Positions 52,306-61,863 are shown, numbered from the stretch's first letter. The stretch is 64,000 nt of DNA from a bacterium (GCA_017470815.1 JAFUXT010000030.1:24561-88560); one strand, 5' to 3'. A program made the numbers and translations. Notes: generated by a model not told the origin, from the letters alone.

Positions 52306-53418
52306 CTAATCATTCTTTTTCAAAAAATCGGGAACATCAAGGATATCTTCACCTGCAGATGAAGAAAGAGAAGATGTAGTTGAAGACTGAGAAATCGAAC
52401 TTGAACGACCGAAATATTCAGCCGCAGATATTTGTCTTGCGGATTTTTCTGCAAAGCCGGTCGCAATAACTGTTATCTGAATTTCATTTTGCAAAGATTC
52501 ATTTATTGCAGTACCCAAAATTACATCCGCATCATCCTTAACAACATTATTAATAACGCTTTGAGCATCATTGATTTCATATAAAGACATATTTGAACTA
52601 CCGGTGATGTTGACAATAATTCCGCTTGCCCCATCAATAGAAGATTCTAACAATTGAGAATTGATAGCCATTTCAGCAGCCTTTATTGCTCTACCGTCAC
52701 CCTGTGCTCTACCGATACCCATTAATGCAGTACCGGAATTTTTTACAACTTTTCTGACATCAGCAAAGTCAATATTGATAGTACCCGGAATTGTAATAAT
52801 ATCAGATAACCCCTGAATACCTCTGAATAAAACTTCATCTGTAACACAGAAGGCATCTCTTACACCAATTTCGTGTTTTACAACCTGCAATAATTTGTCA
52901 TTCGGAACAACCAAAATAGCATCTACATACTTTTTAAGTTTTTCAATACCATCTTCTGCCTGCTGCATTCTCTTTTTACCTTCCCAAAAGAAAGGTTTAG
53001 TAACAAAAGCGATTGTCAAAATACCCAAATCCTGAGCGATTTGCGCCACAACAGGCGCTGCACCTGTTCCTGTTCCGCCGCCCATACCGGCAGTTATGAA
53101 TAACATATCCGTATTATCCAAAGCCTTTGTAATTTGTTCTTTTACTTCCAAGGCTGCTCTTTCACCGACTGCAGGATCAGCACCGCAACCAAGACCGTTT
53201 GTTGTTTCAACGCCAAGTTGTAACTTATTTGGAACATTACTGCAACTTAATGCTTGCAAATCAGTATTCATCAGCCATAATTCAACATCAGCAAGTTTAG
53301 CCTGCAACATTCTGTTTACAGCATTTCCGCCACCGCCGCCGACGCCTACAACTTTTATCCTTGTCGGATTTATAACCGATCTGTTGCTGTTTTCGTAATT
53401 AGATATAATATTTTCCAT
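52306..53418 (-). CDS. ftsZ: Cell division GTPase FtsZ
   Basis: GVGGGGGNAVNRM and the tubulin signature GGGTGTGAAPVVA. C-terminal variable linker and DVPDFLKK tail. Confidence 0.95.
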   Translation of the reverse strand: MENIISNYENSNRSVINPTRIKVVGVGGGGGNAVNRMLQAKLADVELWLMNTDLQALSCSNVPNKLQLGVETTNGLGCGADPAVGERAALEVKEQITKALDNTDMLFITAGMGGGTGTGAAPVVAQIAQDLGILTIAFVTKPFFWEGKKRMQQAEDGIEKLKKYVDAILVVPNDKLLQVVKHEIGVRDAFCVTDEVLFRGIQGLSDIITIPGTINIDFADVRKVVKNSGTALMGIGRAQGDGRAIKAAEMAINSQLLESSIDGASGIIVNITGSSNMSLYEINDAQSVINNVVKDDADVILGTAINESLQNEIQITVIATGFAEKSARQISAAEYFGRSSSISQSSTTSSLSSSAGEDILDVPDFLKKND

Positions 53419-53533
53419 TTTGCCTCCTGCAATTTATAATAATATATGATACATTATATAATAAAAAAATTTTTTTACACATTTGTTGATATTTTGTAAT
53501 AATATATCTTCAAAATTGCAGGAAATCAAAATA

Positions 53534-53902
53534 TTAAGCAGTCAAATCTAATTTTTTACCTGTTTTCTCGTTTTTAACAGCCTGCGCTCTCATTTTAATA
53601 CTTTGAGCACTTTGCGCAACCTTATAATCTTGACCTGAAGGATCAGATGGGGCAAGAGCGGCTCTTATCACGATATTAGCGTGGTCTATCGTTTTTTGAG
53701 GATTGTTTTTGTCTAAAACCGGCATAGCAATAGGAACATGTCCTGATACGGGAATCCCGTTTGCATCCCGTTCAATAGATATTGCACCTGCAAACTGTCC
53801 GCCTGCAGATTTGTGCGCCAACTCATGATTATAAATATGATTATAATTTTTAGTTATCAACTCCTGTTTAGTCAAACCATTATACAAAATCATACACAAC
53901 AC
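53534..53902 (-). CDS. SprA-related putative metalloprotease family protein (short form)
   Basis: GTG start. HELAHKSAGGQFAG...GHVPIAMP...IRAALAPSDPSGQDYKVA matches my recollection of the SprA-related (PF12118-type) family. Confidence 0.55.
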   Translation of the reverse strand: MLCMILYNGLTKQELITKNYNHIYNHELAHKSAGGQFAGAISIERDANGIPVSGHVPIAMPVLDKNNPQKTIDHANIVIRAALAPSDPSGQDYKVAQSAQSIKMRAQAVKNEKTGKKLDLTA

Positions 53903-53957
53903 CTCTGCTACTTTTGTAACATAAAATTATAATTTTGTCAAGTGTACCAACATAAAA

Positions 53958-54003
53958 CAGAGGTTTGCAACTCTGAATTAACTTCAATATATGCAAACCT
54001 CTG
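53958..54003 (-). terminator. Long-stem hairpin terminator downstream of tsf
   Basis: CAGAGGTTTGCA and TGCAAACCTCTG form a perfect 12-bp stem with a 22-nt loop. A T-run follows on the minus strand (plus-strand AAAA at 53954-53957). Confidence 0.5.
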
Positions 54004-54034
54004 CTTAAAATTTACTGATTTATTATATTAATTA

Positions 54035-54895
54035 TTAACCTAATTGGCTCATTACTTCTTCAGCAAAATTATCCTGGCGTTTTTCAAGACCTTCACCAAG
54101 TTCATATCTTGTGAAAGCAAGAACTTTCATTTTGCCTTCAATAAGTTGAGCAACAGTTTGATTAGGATCTTTAACAAATCCCTGATCTAAAAGGCATCTT
54201 TCAGCCATCAACTTATTGATACGACCTTCAACGATTTTGCCTCTGATTGCTTCAGGTTTTTTAAGCAAATCTTCTTTACCCATTTCAATTCTTGTTTCTT
54301 CATCAATAACAGATTGCGGAATCTGATCTCTTGAAACAAATTGAGGTGCACAAGAAGCAATATGCAAGCATAGGTCATTTGCTAATTCTTCGTTTTTAAC
54401 ATCAGTGTGCAATAAAACACCGATTTTTCCGTTGTGAATATATGTAGCAACATTGCCTTCGTATCTTACAAATCTTCTTACGGTAATTTTTTCTCCGATT
54501 GATGCAATTTTTTCTTTTAAAGCATCAGCAATAACTTTACCGCATTGCTTGCAAGTCATACCCAACAATGCATCAACATCAGCAGGTTTTTGTTCTTCAA
54601 CATTTTGAGCGAGTCCTGAAGCCAAAGCCTTAAATTCATCATTTTTAGCAACAAAATCTGTTTCGCAGTTAACTTCAATCATTGCACCGCCGTTTGCATC
54701 TACAAAAGATTCTACACGACCTTCAGCAGCGATTCTGCCCATTTTCTTATCGGCAGAAGCAATACCTTTTTGGCGTAAAATTTCAGATGCTTTTTCCATA
54801 TCACCATCCGCTTCAACAAGTGCTTTCTTGGCATCCATCATACCTGCACCGGTTTTATCACGAAGTTCTTTTACCATTTGTGCTGTAACTGTCAT
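54035..54895 (-). CDS. tsf: Translation elongation factor Ts
   Basis: N-terminal VKELRDKTGAGMMDAKKAL UBA-like motif. CETDFVAKN. Downstream of rpsB. Confidence 0.93.
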   Translation of the reverse strand: MTVTAQMVKELRDKTGAGMMDAKKALVEADGDMEKASEILRQKGIASADKKMGRIAAEGRVESFVDANGGAMIEVNCETDFVAKNDEFKALASGLAQNVEEQKPADVDALLGMTCKQCGKVIADALKEKIASIGEKITVRRFVRYEGNVATYIHNGKIGVLLHTDVKNEELANDLCLHIASCAPQFVSRDQIPQSVIDEETRIEMGKEDLLKKPEAIRGKIVEGRINKLMAERCLLDQGFVKDPNQTVAQLIEGKMKVLAFTRYELGEGLEKRQDNFAEEVMSQLG

Positions 54896-54955
54896 TTTAT
54901 ATCTCTCCTATTTTGATAGTACTACTTATTAAAAGATTCTAATTCCCAAGGATAT

Positions 54956-54993
54956 TAAGGCACTAAATATACTCTGAGTATCATAGTGCCTTA
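54956..54993 (-). other. Intercistronic hairpin between rpsB and tsf
   Basis: TAAGGCACTA and TAGTGCCTTA form a 10-bp stem. The right arm is partly duplicated (TAGTGCCTTAGTGCCTTAG). Confidence 0.4.
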
Positions 54994-55009
54994 GTGCCTT
55001 AGTATCTTA

Positions 55010-55783
55010 TTATTCTTCTATTTTTGCTTCTTCTGCGGTAACACCGGCATCTTCAGCAGAAATCTTTTTTATTTTCTTAGTTTCATTTGCTTTATTTTCT
55101 CTTAGTTGTTTACCTTCCAAAACGGCATCAGCAAGTTTTGAAGTAATCAACTGAATAGAACGAATTGCATCATCGTTACCCGGAATAATTTTGTCAATTC
55201 CGTCAGGATTAGCATTAGTATCTGCCAAGCAAATAACAGGAATACCGAGTTTGTTTGCTTCTTTAATAGCAATATCTTCTTTTTCCTGATCAATAACAAA
55301 GATAAGTTCAGGTAAACCTCTCATTTCTTTGATACCACCAAGAGTTTTAGAAAGTTTTGCAACTTGTCTGTTAATTTGAGCAACTTCTTTTTTAGGAAGT
55401 TTGTCAGTATAACCGTTTGCTATAAATTCTTCTAATTCTTTTAATTTATTAACTCTGCCTCTGATAGTTTCAAAGTTAGTAAGCATACCGCCTAACCAGC
55501 GTCTGTTAATATAGTATGCACCGGATCTTTTAGCTTCTGACTCTACAACTTCAGCAGCCTGTTTTTTAGTACCTACAAAAAGAATATTTCTTCCTTTTGC
55601 AGCACAATCTCTGACTAATTCATATGCTTCATCAAGCAATACTGTTGTTTTTCTTAAATCAATAACATAAATCCCGTTTCTTGCACCATAAATATACGGT
55701 TTCATTTTAGGATTCCATCTTTGTGTTTGGTGTCCGAAATGTACACCTGATTCCAAAAGTTCAATCATTGAAGCGGTTGGCAT
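55010..55783 (-). CDS. rpsB: 30S ribosomal protein S2
   Basis: [29 protein letters not shown] and [10 protein letters not shown]. Confidence 0.95.
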   Translation of the reverse strand: MPTASMIELLESGVHFGHQTQRWNPKMKPYIYGARNGIYVIDLRKTTVLLDEAYELVRDCAAKGRNILFVGTKKQAAEVVESEAKRSGAYYINRRWLGGMLTNFETIRGRVNKLKELEEFIANGYTDKLPKKEVAQINRQVAKLSKTLGGIKEMRGLPELIFVIDQEKEDIAIKEANKLGIPVICLADTNANPDGIDKIIPGNDDAIRSIQLITSKLADAVLEGKQLRENKANETKKIKKISAEDAGVTAEEAKIEE

Positions 55784-55807
55784 CTTTTTTCTCCTTTTTG
55801 TTTAAAT

Positions 55808-55894
55808 GTATTGTACTACGGGAAACACTGCTCCATCGGGTAAAAAATCCGACTAGGGCAAAACCTATCAAGCCAGTGTAACCAATTACAATAT
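55808..55894 (-). promoter_or_regulatory. Candidate structured 5' leader of rpsB
   Basis: On the minus strand, TATTGTA...TACAATA closes a domain containing ACACTG/CAGTGT and TCGG/CCGA helices. Visibly GC-richer than the surrounding spacer. Confidence 0.3.
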
Positions 55895-55994
55895 ACTATA
55901 AACATAATATTATGCAAATATTTAGTTAAATAATGTAAATCAATCTTGAAAATAAACAAACATATTGCAAAAAATTTATTTTTGAGTTTTAATA

Positions 55995-56040
55995 CAACTA
56001 CTCACATCCTCAAATGAGTAGTTGCGGAGTCATTAACCGC
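55995..56040 (+). promoter_or_regulatory. Candidate structured 5' leader of rpsT
   Basis: Perfect 10-bp hairpin CAACTACTCA-(10 nt)-TGAGTAGTTG, then GCGG-AGTCATTAA-CCGC. Ends 20 nt before ATG 56061. Confidence 0.3.
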
Positions 56041-56060
56041 ACAATTTGAAAGGAAAGAAA

Positions 56061-56327
56061 ATGGCAAATATTAAATCTGCTAAAAAAAGAGTATTAGTCG
56101 CTGAAAAAAACAGACTTAGAAATGTAGCATGGAAATCTTCTATCAAAACCGCAGTAAAAAAAGTTTTAGAACTTGCTAACGGTGAAGATAAAGATGCTTT
56201 AAACAATGCATTGTCTAAAGTTTACCAACTATGCGATAAGGCTGTTGTAAAAGGTATTTTGCATAAAAATACCGCTGCAAGAAAAAAATCAAGACTTGCT
56301 CTTGCTATCAAAAAACTTGCTAAATAA
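56061..56327 (+). CDS. rpsT: 30S ribosomal protein S20
   Basis: Start re-placed to ATG 56061 (MANIKSAKKRVLVAEKNRLRN, canonical S20 N-terminus). RBS AAAGGAAAG. Confidence 0.9.
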   Translation: MANIKSAKKRVLVAEKNRLRNVAWKSSIKTAVKKVLELANGEDKDALNNALSKVYQLCDKAVVKGILHKNTAARKKSRLALAIKKLAK

Positions 56328-56353
56328 TAGTTTTAGACAAGAAAATATGTGAG

Positions 56354-56389
56354 AAACGGGAAAGATTTATTTCTTTCCCGTTTTATTTT
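56354..56389 (+). terminator. Rho-independent terminator of rpsT
   Basis: AAACGGGAAAG-(8 nt)-CTTTCCCGTTT followed by TATTTTG. Confidence 0.7.
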
Positions 56390-56737
56390 GCTCAAAATTT
56401 GATTATTAAAAATTTTGATAAAATTTTATATAACAATATAGGTTAAAATACCATTATACAATGGGTTTTAGAAATAAAAAATTGAAAAATTTTATCAAAA
56501 ATTTTCAATAATTATATTAAAATTAGCCAATATTTATTTAGAAATGCGATTTTATATAAAAAAATACATCAAAATAACGATATTTTAAAAAATTTTTATT
56601 ATAAAATAAAATAAAGTTTAGAAATGTTAAGGGTTAAAACTCAATAATATATAGAATTTTGAACTTGTATAAAAATCACATATTGATTTATTTTTTAAAA
56701 GGTGTAATATAAAATTATAAAAAAGGAGGCACAAAAC

Positions 56738-56968
56738 ATGTTTACATCATCTAAAAAAGAAGCAAAAGAAATGCAACAACAAATTATTGAATCAGCAGGT
56801 AAAATTTACAATTATTTATCAAGCAAAGGTGAAGTTACTATCAATAAATTGAGAAAAGATATGGATTTGGATGACAATTTCACTTATATGGGCTTAGGCT
56901 GGTTATCAAGAGAAGATAAAATTACTTATACTCAAAAACCAAAATCAGTTACAGTCCAATTAAGTTAA
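56738..56968 (+). CDS. Small winged-helix DNA-binding-like protein (DUF2582-like, from memory)
   Basis: RBS AAAGGAGG. 76 aa. IYNYLSSKGEVTINKLRKDMDLDDNFTYMGLGWLSREDKI resembles small wHTH proteins. Confidence 0.5.
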   Translation: MFTSSKKEAKEMQQQIIESAGKIYNYLSSKGEVTINKLRKDMDLDDNFTYMGLGWLSREDKITYTQKPKSVTVQLS

Positions 56969-56987
56969 TTTTATTAAAATTAAAAAA

Positions 56988-57019
56988 ATACCCTGTAAAT
57001 AATTTTACAGGGTATTTTT
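56988..57019. terminator. Bidirectional terminator between convergent small genes
   Basis: ATACCCTGTAAA-TAAT-TTTACAGGGTAT 12-bp stem with A7 before and T5 after. Confidence 0.65.
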
Positions 57020-57233
57020 ATTTCTTATGACAAAAATATTCAATAATACCCACATGCGCAATAGTTGATAATACTGTCAAACCTGCAAAAATTTTGTGAG
57101 ATTTCATTTTATGCCTGCAAGCCTGCACTACACAAGCACTGCCCAATGCCAAAGCACTGTATCCGCTTATTTTCACATAATTATACTTATAATTCTTTTT
57201 GGGTTGAATATTATTAACAGGTTGAATACTCAC
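57018..57233 (-). CDS. Small hypothetical membrane protein (GTG start preferred; the track ORF extends to TTG 57269)
   Basis: AAAGGA lies 7 nt before GTG 57233. Two hydrophobic segments (ISGYSALALGSACVV, IFAGLTVLSTIAHVGII). Confidence 0.4.
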   Translation of the reverse strand: MSIQPVNNIQPKKNYKYNYVKISGYSALALGSACVVQACRHKMKSHKIFAGLTVLSTIAHVGIIEYFCHKK

Positions 57234-57323
57234 AAAATTATCCTTTACATTTTTAAAATATAATAGCAAAAAAAAAATTTTTATGTTTTAAAAACAAAGT
57301 AATATTTACAAACAGGGGTTAAA

Positions 57324-57800
57324 ATGTTTACTATATTCTTAAAACCGAAAAATTACAAACAAATTGACAAATACCTTTCACGTTCAGCTCAACCAAGATT
57401 CCAAGAATTAAAATGGCTAAAAAAACAAGGGGTAACTGATGTTATAAATTTAAGAACAATGGAAATCCCTGATATAAATTACGACGAAGCGGAAACAGTA
57501 AAAACTCTCGGAATGACATATCATAGTATTCCATCCATAACTAAATATCCAAAAAAAGAAAATGTCGGGAAATTTTTAGATATAGTTGAAGGAGTAAAAC
57601 AAAACGGCGGGAAAGTACATGTTCATTGTAAAGAGGGAGCAGACCGTACAGGAATGTTTTCCTATATATACGAAAGATTGAATAATATCGGCACAATTAA
57701 AGATAATTTGCAGGAACTTGCCGAACATCATTGGCATAAAGACAAATACCCGTATTTAAATGAATGGGCTGAAACTTTTGTCGGGATGTTTAAAAAATAA
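57324..57800 (+). CDS. Cys-based protein tyrosine / dual-specificity phosphatase-like protein
   Basis: CX5R P-loop HVHCKEGADRTG. RBS AGGGG. 158 aa. Confidence 0.75.
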   Translation: MFTIFLKPKNYKQIDKYLSRSAQPRFQELKWLKKQGVTDVINLRTMEIPDINYDEAETVKTLGMTYHSIPSITKYPKKENVGKFLDIVEGVKQNGGKVHVHCKEGADRTGMFSYIYERLNNIGTIKDNLQELAEHHWHKDKYPYLNEWAETFVGMFKK

Positions 57801-58412
57801 TTATCTTACTTTATTTTCTGTCCCTGCGATAAGTCTTTTGATATTTTCTCTATGCAGATAAATAACATAGACTGCCGCAACAAAAGCATAAATAACGTAG
57901 GCTGGCGGTGAATTTAAAAACCACATAATAACAGGGGCAAGCGCAAGCGCAATAATAGAACCTAATGAAACATATTTTGAAACCCATGTTATTATTGCCC
58001 AAATTACAGCAATAATAAGTCCTGCCTGCCAATTTAGCGCAAGCAAAGTGCCGACACCCGAGGCAACTGATTTTCCTCCGGTAAAACCTAAAAATACCGA
58101 TTTACTGTGACCGATTATTACAAAAATGGCTGCCAAAACAGGAAGTACACCAACATCTGCAAATGATTTTGTTAAAAAATATGCGAGAACTACAGGCAAA
58201 GCACCTTTAAAAGCATCTAAAAGCAGCACAATGAAAAACCATTTTTTGCCCATTACTCTTTTTACATTTGTTGCACCTGTAGAACCTGAACCGATAGTTC
58301 TGATATCTTGCCCCGTAAAGAGTTTTACGACAATATATCCTGTCGGTATTGAACCGATTACATAAGCCCCAAGTACTACAAACATTATTTCTAAAATCAT
58401 TTTTATATCCAT
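57801..58412 (-). CDS. plsY: Glycerol-3-phosphate acyltransferase PlsY
   Basis: GSGSTGATNVKR (GSGNxGATN motif) and FKGGKSVASG-type FTGGKSVASG. Five TM helices. Confidence 0.9.
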   Translation of the reverse strand: MDIKMILEIMFVVLGAYVIGSIPTGYIVVKLFTGQDIRTIGSGSTGATNVKRVMGKKWFFIVLLLDAFKGALPVVLAYFLTKSFADVGVLPVLAAIFVIIGHSKSVFLGFTGGKSVASGVGTLLALNWQAGLIIAVIWAIITWVSKYVSLGSIIALALAPVIMWFLNSPPAYVIYAFVAAVYVIYLHRENIKRLIAGTENKVR

Positions 58413-58441
58413 TTTTCTCTCCCTGATTTACTCTCGTAATT

Positions 58442-59350
58442 TTACCCCAAAATCATTTTAAATGCTAAATTTTCACAAATCGTAGCATCATTCATTGGCG
58501 GAGTTAATGTTGCCTGACGTTTTGCAGTTTCAACATGTTCCAAATCTTTCAATAATCTTTGAAATAGTATCTTGTTTTCAAAATTATTTTTCATAATAAA
58601 AACCATAAAATTTTCCATCTGTTCAAAAATTTCAACAGCACCGTTATTTTCAACAAGATTTAACAGGTCATTTTCAAAACCCAAAACATTATTGCGCTCA
58701 ATATTCCAATAGTTATTGAGCAAATTTTCTACAAGTTCATAGTTTTGCTCCGAAATAATTTTTGATGGAACAAAAAATGACTGCGCCCTTGAAACAACGG
58801 TTGAAATAACATCACTTTTATCATTTGTTAAAAATATAAATGTTGTATTTTGAGGAGGTTCTTCAAAAGTTTTTAATAACGCATTAGAAGTAACTTCCGG
58901 AAAATTTATTTTATTTAGCGGTAACAAATTTCCGTCTTCATCTCTGTCACAGAAAATATAAACCCTGTGATAATCACTTGTAACCGCAAGTTCAGAGATA
59001 ATTCCTCTTGCCTGTGCTACATTAATATTTTTCTTTCCGCCTGAAGAACCTTCCTCATCTGAAATATTTTCAGAAGCCTCTTTATAATCAAGTCTTGTAT
59101 AAATTTTTACGGCAGGATGAGTTTGTTCCCTGATCCACCTGCAATTTAAACACTCACAATCGTCACTACCCGATTCTTTACAATTTAAAAGTCTTGCAAT
59201 CTCAAGCGCAAGTTCGCATTGAGATTGAATATCCGCCCCCCAAAATAAAATACAGTGAGAAATATTTTTGTTTTCATCCTCAATTCCGGACTTGAAATAA
59301 TCAACAAGTTGCGGGAGTTTTTGAATTATATTTTTATCGTAATATTGCAT
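58442..59350 (-). CDS. holB: DNA polymerase III delta' subunit
   Basis: Degenerate P-loop region HCILFWGADIQ, Cys cluster CECLNCRWI...HPAV, and LLKTFEEPPQNTTFIFLT. Confidence 0.78.
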   Translation of the reverse strand: MQYYDKNIIQKLPQLVDYFKSGIEDENKNISHCILFWGADIQSQCELALEIARLLNCKESGSDDCECLNCRWIREQTHPAVKIYTRLDYKEASENISDEEGSSGGKKNINVAQARGIISELAVTSDYHRVYIFCDRDEDGNLLPLNKINFPEVTSNALLKTFEEPPQNTTFIFLTNDKSDVISTVVSRAQSFFVPSKIISEQNYELVENLLNNYWNIERNNVLGFENDLLNLVENNGAVEIFEQMENFMVFIMKNNFENKILFQRLLKDLEHVETAKRQATLTPPMNDATICENLAFKMILG

Positions 59351-60320
59351 ATTCTATCTCCCTTTCAGGCGCAAGATTTGATTGTCCTGACTTGATTTTG
59401 TATTCAGCCTGAGTTAAATTTTCTTTTAAATTTACCAAATTTTTTAGCGGCACTTGTTTTAGTTTTTGGAGTTCAAGTTTGACTCTGTACGGATGCATAT
59501 TTATTAATTTTGCAAGTTCATCCTGAGAATATCTGCTTCCGTTTGCTTTTATAAATATTTTTTCTCTCAAACTTGAATGTAATGTTGCAAGAACAGAAAG
59601 CGGATAACGGGTTGAAATAAGTTTGTTATACTGCTCCAATGCCTTTGATTTTGCTCCGAGCACAACACTATCTATAAATGCGAACAAATCTTCATTACTT
59701 ATGCAAATTTCTTTTACCATCTCTTTTGTTGCAGGTTTATCTTTTGAAAAAACTTTCAACTTTTCAAGTTCGGAATCTAACATTCTCAAATTTGAACCGA
59801 CCTGCAAAAGCAGCAAACTGACTGCATCAGGATTAATTTTTAATTCGTGCTTTTTAGCCTGATTTTTAATCCACGATTCGAATTCTGAAGTTTTATATGC
59901 AGGAATCTGATTAAACTCCTGTGAATTATATTTTGACAGAATTTTAAATATTTTTTTTCTTTTATCTATTGATGTTTTTTTCTTCGAATCGGGAACAACA
60001 TGGGCTCTAAAAACGATATCTAAATTCTCATTTACTCCATCAAGAGCCTTTTCTATTTGTTTAATCTGTCCGTCATCAAAACCGCTTTCGCTATCTGAGT
60101 CCTTTTTCTTTGACTTAAAATAATTTAAACAATCAATTACAATAAGCATTTTACCAAACATCATGGGTTGAGAGGATATTGCAACCATTAAATCCGGAAA
60201 TTTCGGATTGTCAAATTCCTTATAACTCATTTCAAGAAAATTTTTATCAAGTTTTGATTTCAGTTTCTTGATTTCGGTTGAAATATTAAATTCCTCATCC
60301 CCATAATAAAAATAAATCAT
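59334..60320 (-). CDS. holA: DNA polymerase III delta subunit
   Basis: MIYFYYGDEEF start and a three-domain delta-like length (328 aa). Overlaps holB by 17 nt. Confidence 0.75.
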   Translation of the reverse strand: MIYFYYGDEEFNISTEIKKLKSKLDKNFLEMSYKEFDNPKFPDLMVAISSQPMMFGKMLIVIDCLNYFKSKKKDSDSESGFDDGQIKQIEKALDGVNENLDIVFRAHVVPDSKKKTSIDKRKKIFKILSKYNSQEFNQIPAYKTSEFESWIKNQAKKHELKINPDAVSLLLLQVGSNLRMLDSELEKLKVFSKDKPATKEMVKEICISNEDLFAFIDSVVLGAKSKALEQYNKLISTRYPLSVLATLHSSLREKIFIKANGSRYSQDELAKLINMHPYRVKLELQKLKQVPLKNLVNLKENLTQAEYKIKSGQSNLAPEREIEYAILR

Positions 60321-60440
60321 GATTAAATTTTATCATAATTGCAAAATGATAAAAATTATGTGTAAATTTTTATTAAAAAAACGCAAATTAAAATTTTACC
60401 GTAATTATAAACAACATAATCAATTACGAAAGGAAAAATT

Positions 60441-60737
60441 ATGAACGGTATTAAATTAGGTTTTAGTATGGTAGATTTGGCAAAATCCTGGGGAAGAGGA
60501 ATCGGCAGCGTGAGATTAAAAGACGGTTCAAGCGTTAAAATTTTGGGCGACCCGAGTGATAAAGCCGTAGATTTTTTCAGAATTAAAAACGGCAGACTTA
60601 TGGAATCTAAAGGCTACAGAGGCGAATACGCAATGTATCAGGCAGCAAATGATGTCGGATACATTGAAGAAAAACTTGCCCTGAATCCTGAAGATGTTGA
60701 TAAAGCATGGCATAGTTGCTTTGATGTAGTGGTATAA
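60441..60737 (+). CDS. Hypothetical protein, 98 aa
   Basis: RBS AAAGGAAAA. No family recognised. Confidence 0.45.
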   Translation: MNGIKLGFSMVDLAKSWGRGIGSVRLKDGSSVKILGDPSDKAVDFFRIKNGRLMESKGYRGEYAMYQAANDVGYIEEKLALNPEDVDKAWHSCFDVVV

Positions 60738-60781
60738 AAACATCGAAATAGAAATTCATAAATTATTTATATTTTAAGACT

Positions 60782-60816
60782 AAAAAGACCGATATTTACA
60801 AAATATCGGTCTTTTA
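60782..60816. terminator. Bidirectional terminator between convergent genes
   Basis: AGACCGATAT-TTACAAA-ATATCGGTCT 10-bp stem with A5 before and T4 after. Confidence 0.7.
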
Positions 60817-60839
60817 TTAATTTATATATGATACATAAA

Positions 60840-61799
60840 TTAGTCTTGAGCGTGACCTGCTGTACCTAAAACGTCGCGCATTTTGTGCATAACCATTTCT
60901 TTAACAGCAGTTCTGCCCGGTCCCATATATTCTCTCGGGTCAAATTTTTCAGGATGTTCAATAAAGAACTCTCTGATTGTTGAAGTCATTGCAAGTCTCA
61001 AATCTGTATCGATATTGATTTTTGCAACACCGTGTTTTGAAGCATAGTTAAGCATTTCTTCAGGAACACCTTGAGCATCAGGCAAGTTACCGCCAAATTT
61101 GTTGCATTTTTCAACAAATTCTTTAGGAACTGATGAAGAACCGTGCAATACAATAGGATAATCGCCAAAACCTGCTTCTTTCAAAGCATCTTTGATTTCT
61201 TTCAATCTTTCAAAATCTAATTTTGCTTCGCCTTTGAATTTGTAAGCACCGTGAGAAGTACCGATAGCAATAGCCAAAGAATCACAACCTGTTTGTTTTA
61301 CAAATTCAACTGCTTCTTTAACATTTGTATATTTAGCATCTTTATCAGATACATTAACATCATCTTCGACACCAGCAAGTTTGCCAAGTTCTGCTTCAAC
61401 TGAAACTCCTCTTTCATGAGCATAATCAACAACTTGTTTTGTTACTCTGACATTTTCTTCAAACGGGAATCTTGAACCATCAATCATAACAGATGAGAAA
61501 CCGCCATCAATACATGCTTTACAAATTTCAAAATCTGCACCGTGGTCTAAGTGCAAAGCGATAGGAACCGTTGTTGTGGCAAGAGCGGCTTCAACCAATT
61601 TGATAAGGTAAGTTTGATTTGCATATTTTCTTGCACCCGCAGATACCTGCAAAATAATAGGTGATTGAGTTTCTTCTGCGGCTTCTGCGATACCTTGCAA
61701 GATTTCCATGTTGTTAACATTGTAAGCACCAATAGCATAGCCGCCTGCAAGTGCCTTTTTGAACATTTCATTTGTTCCGACTAATTTTCTTTCAGCCAT
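60840..61799 (-). CDS. fba: Class II fructose-1,6-bisphosphate aldolase
   Basis: Start re-placed to ATG 61799 (MAERKLVGTNEMFKKALAGGYAIGAYNVNNME) with RBS AAGGAG. LHLDHG, HGAYKF and VLHGSS motifs. Confidence 0.92.
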   Translation of the reverse strand: MAERKLVGTNEMFKKALAGGYAIGAYNVNNMEILQGIAEAAEETQSPIILQVSAGARKYANQTYLIKLVEAALATTTVPIALHLDHGADFEICKACIDGGFSSVMIDGSRFPFEENVRVTKQVVDYAHERGVSVEAELGKLAGVEDDVNVSDKDAKYTNVKEAVEFVKQTGCDSLAIAIGTSHGAYKFKGEAKLDFERLKEIKDALKEAGFGDYPIVLHGSSSVPKEFVEKCNKFGGNLPDAQGVPEEMLNYASKHGVAKINIDTDLRLAMTSTIREFFIEHPEKFDPREYMGPGRTAVKEMVMHKMRDVLGTAGHAQD

Positions 61800-61826
61800 T
61801 TTGACTTCTCCTTCTTTCTCTTTATT

Positions 61827-61863
61827 CCCCTCGCCCTCCGGGAGAGGGGGTAGGGGTGAGGGC
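61827..61863. repeat. GC-rich imperfect palindrome (CCCCTCGCCCTCC GGGA GAGGGGGTAGGGGTGAGGG) in the fba 5' leader
   Basis: Read in frame, it produces the artefactual PSPLPPLPEGEG N-terminal extension of the track ORF. Confidence 0.5.

Noticed and set aside
56390-56737. I considered whether the AT-rich repeat region is the chromosomal replication origin.
   Set aside because: I found no TTATCCACA-type DnaA boxes by eye, and no dnaA, dnaN or gidA nearby. It is kept as an unexplained regulatory or ncRNA region instead.
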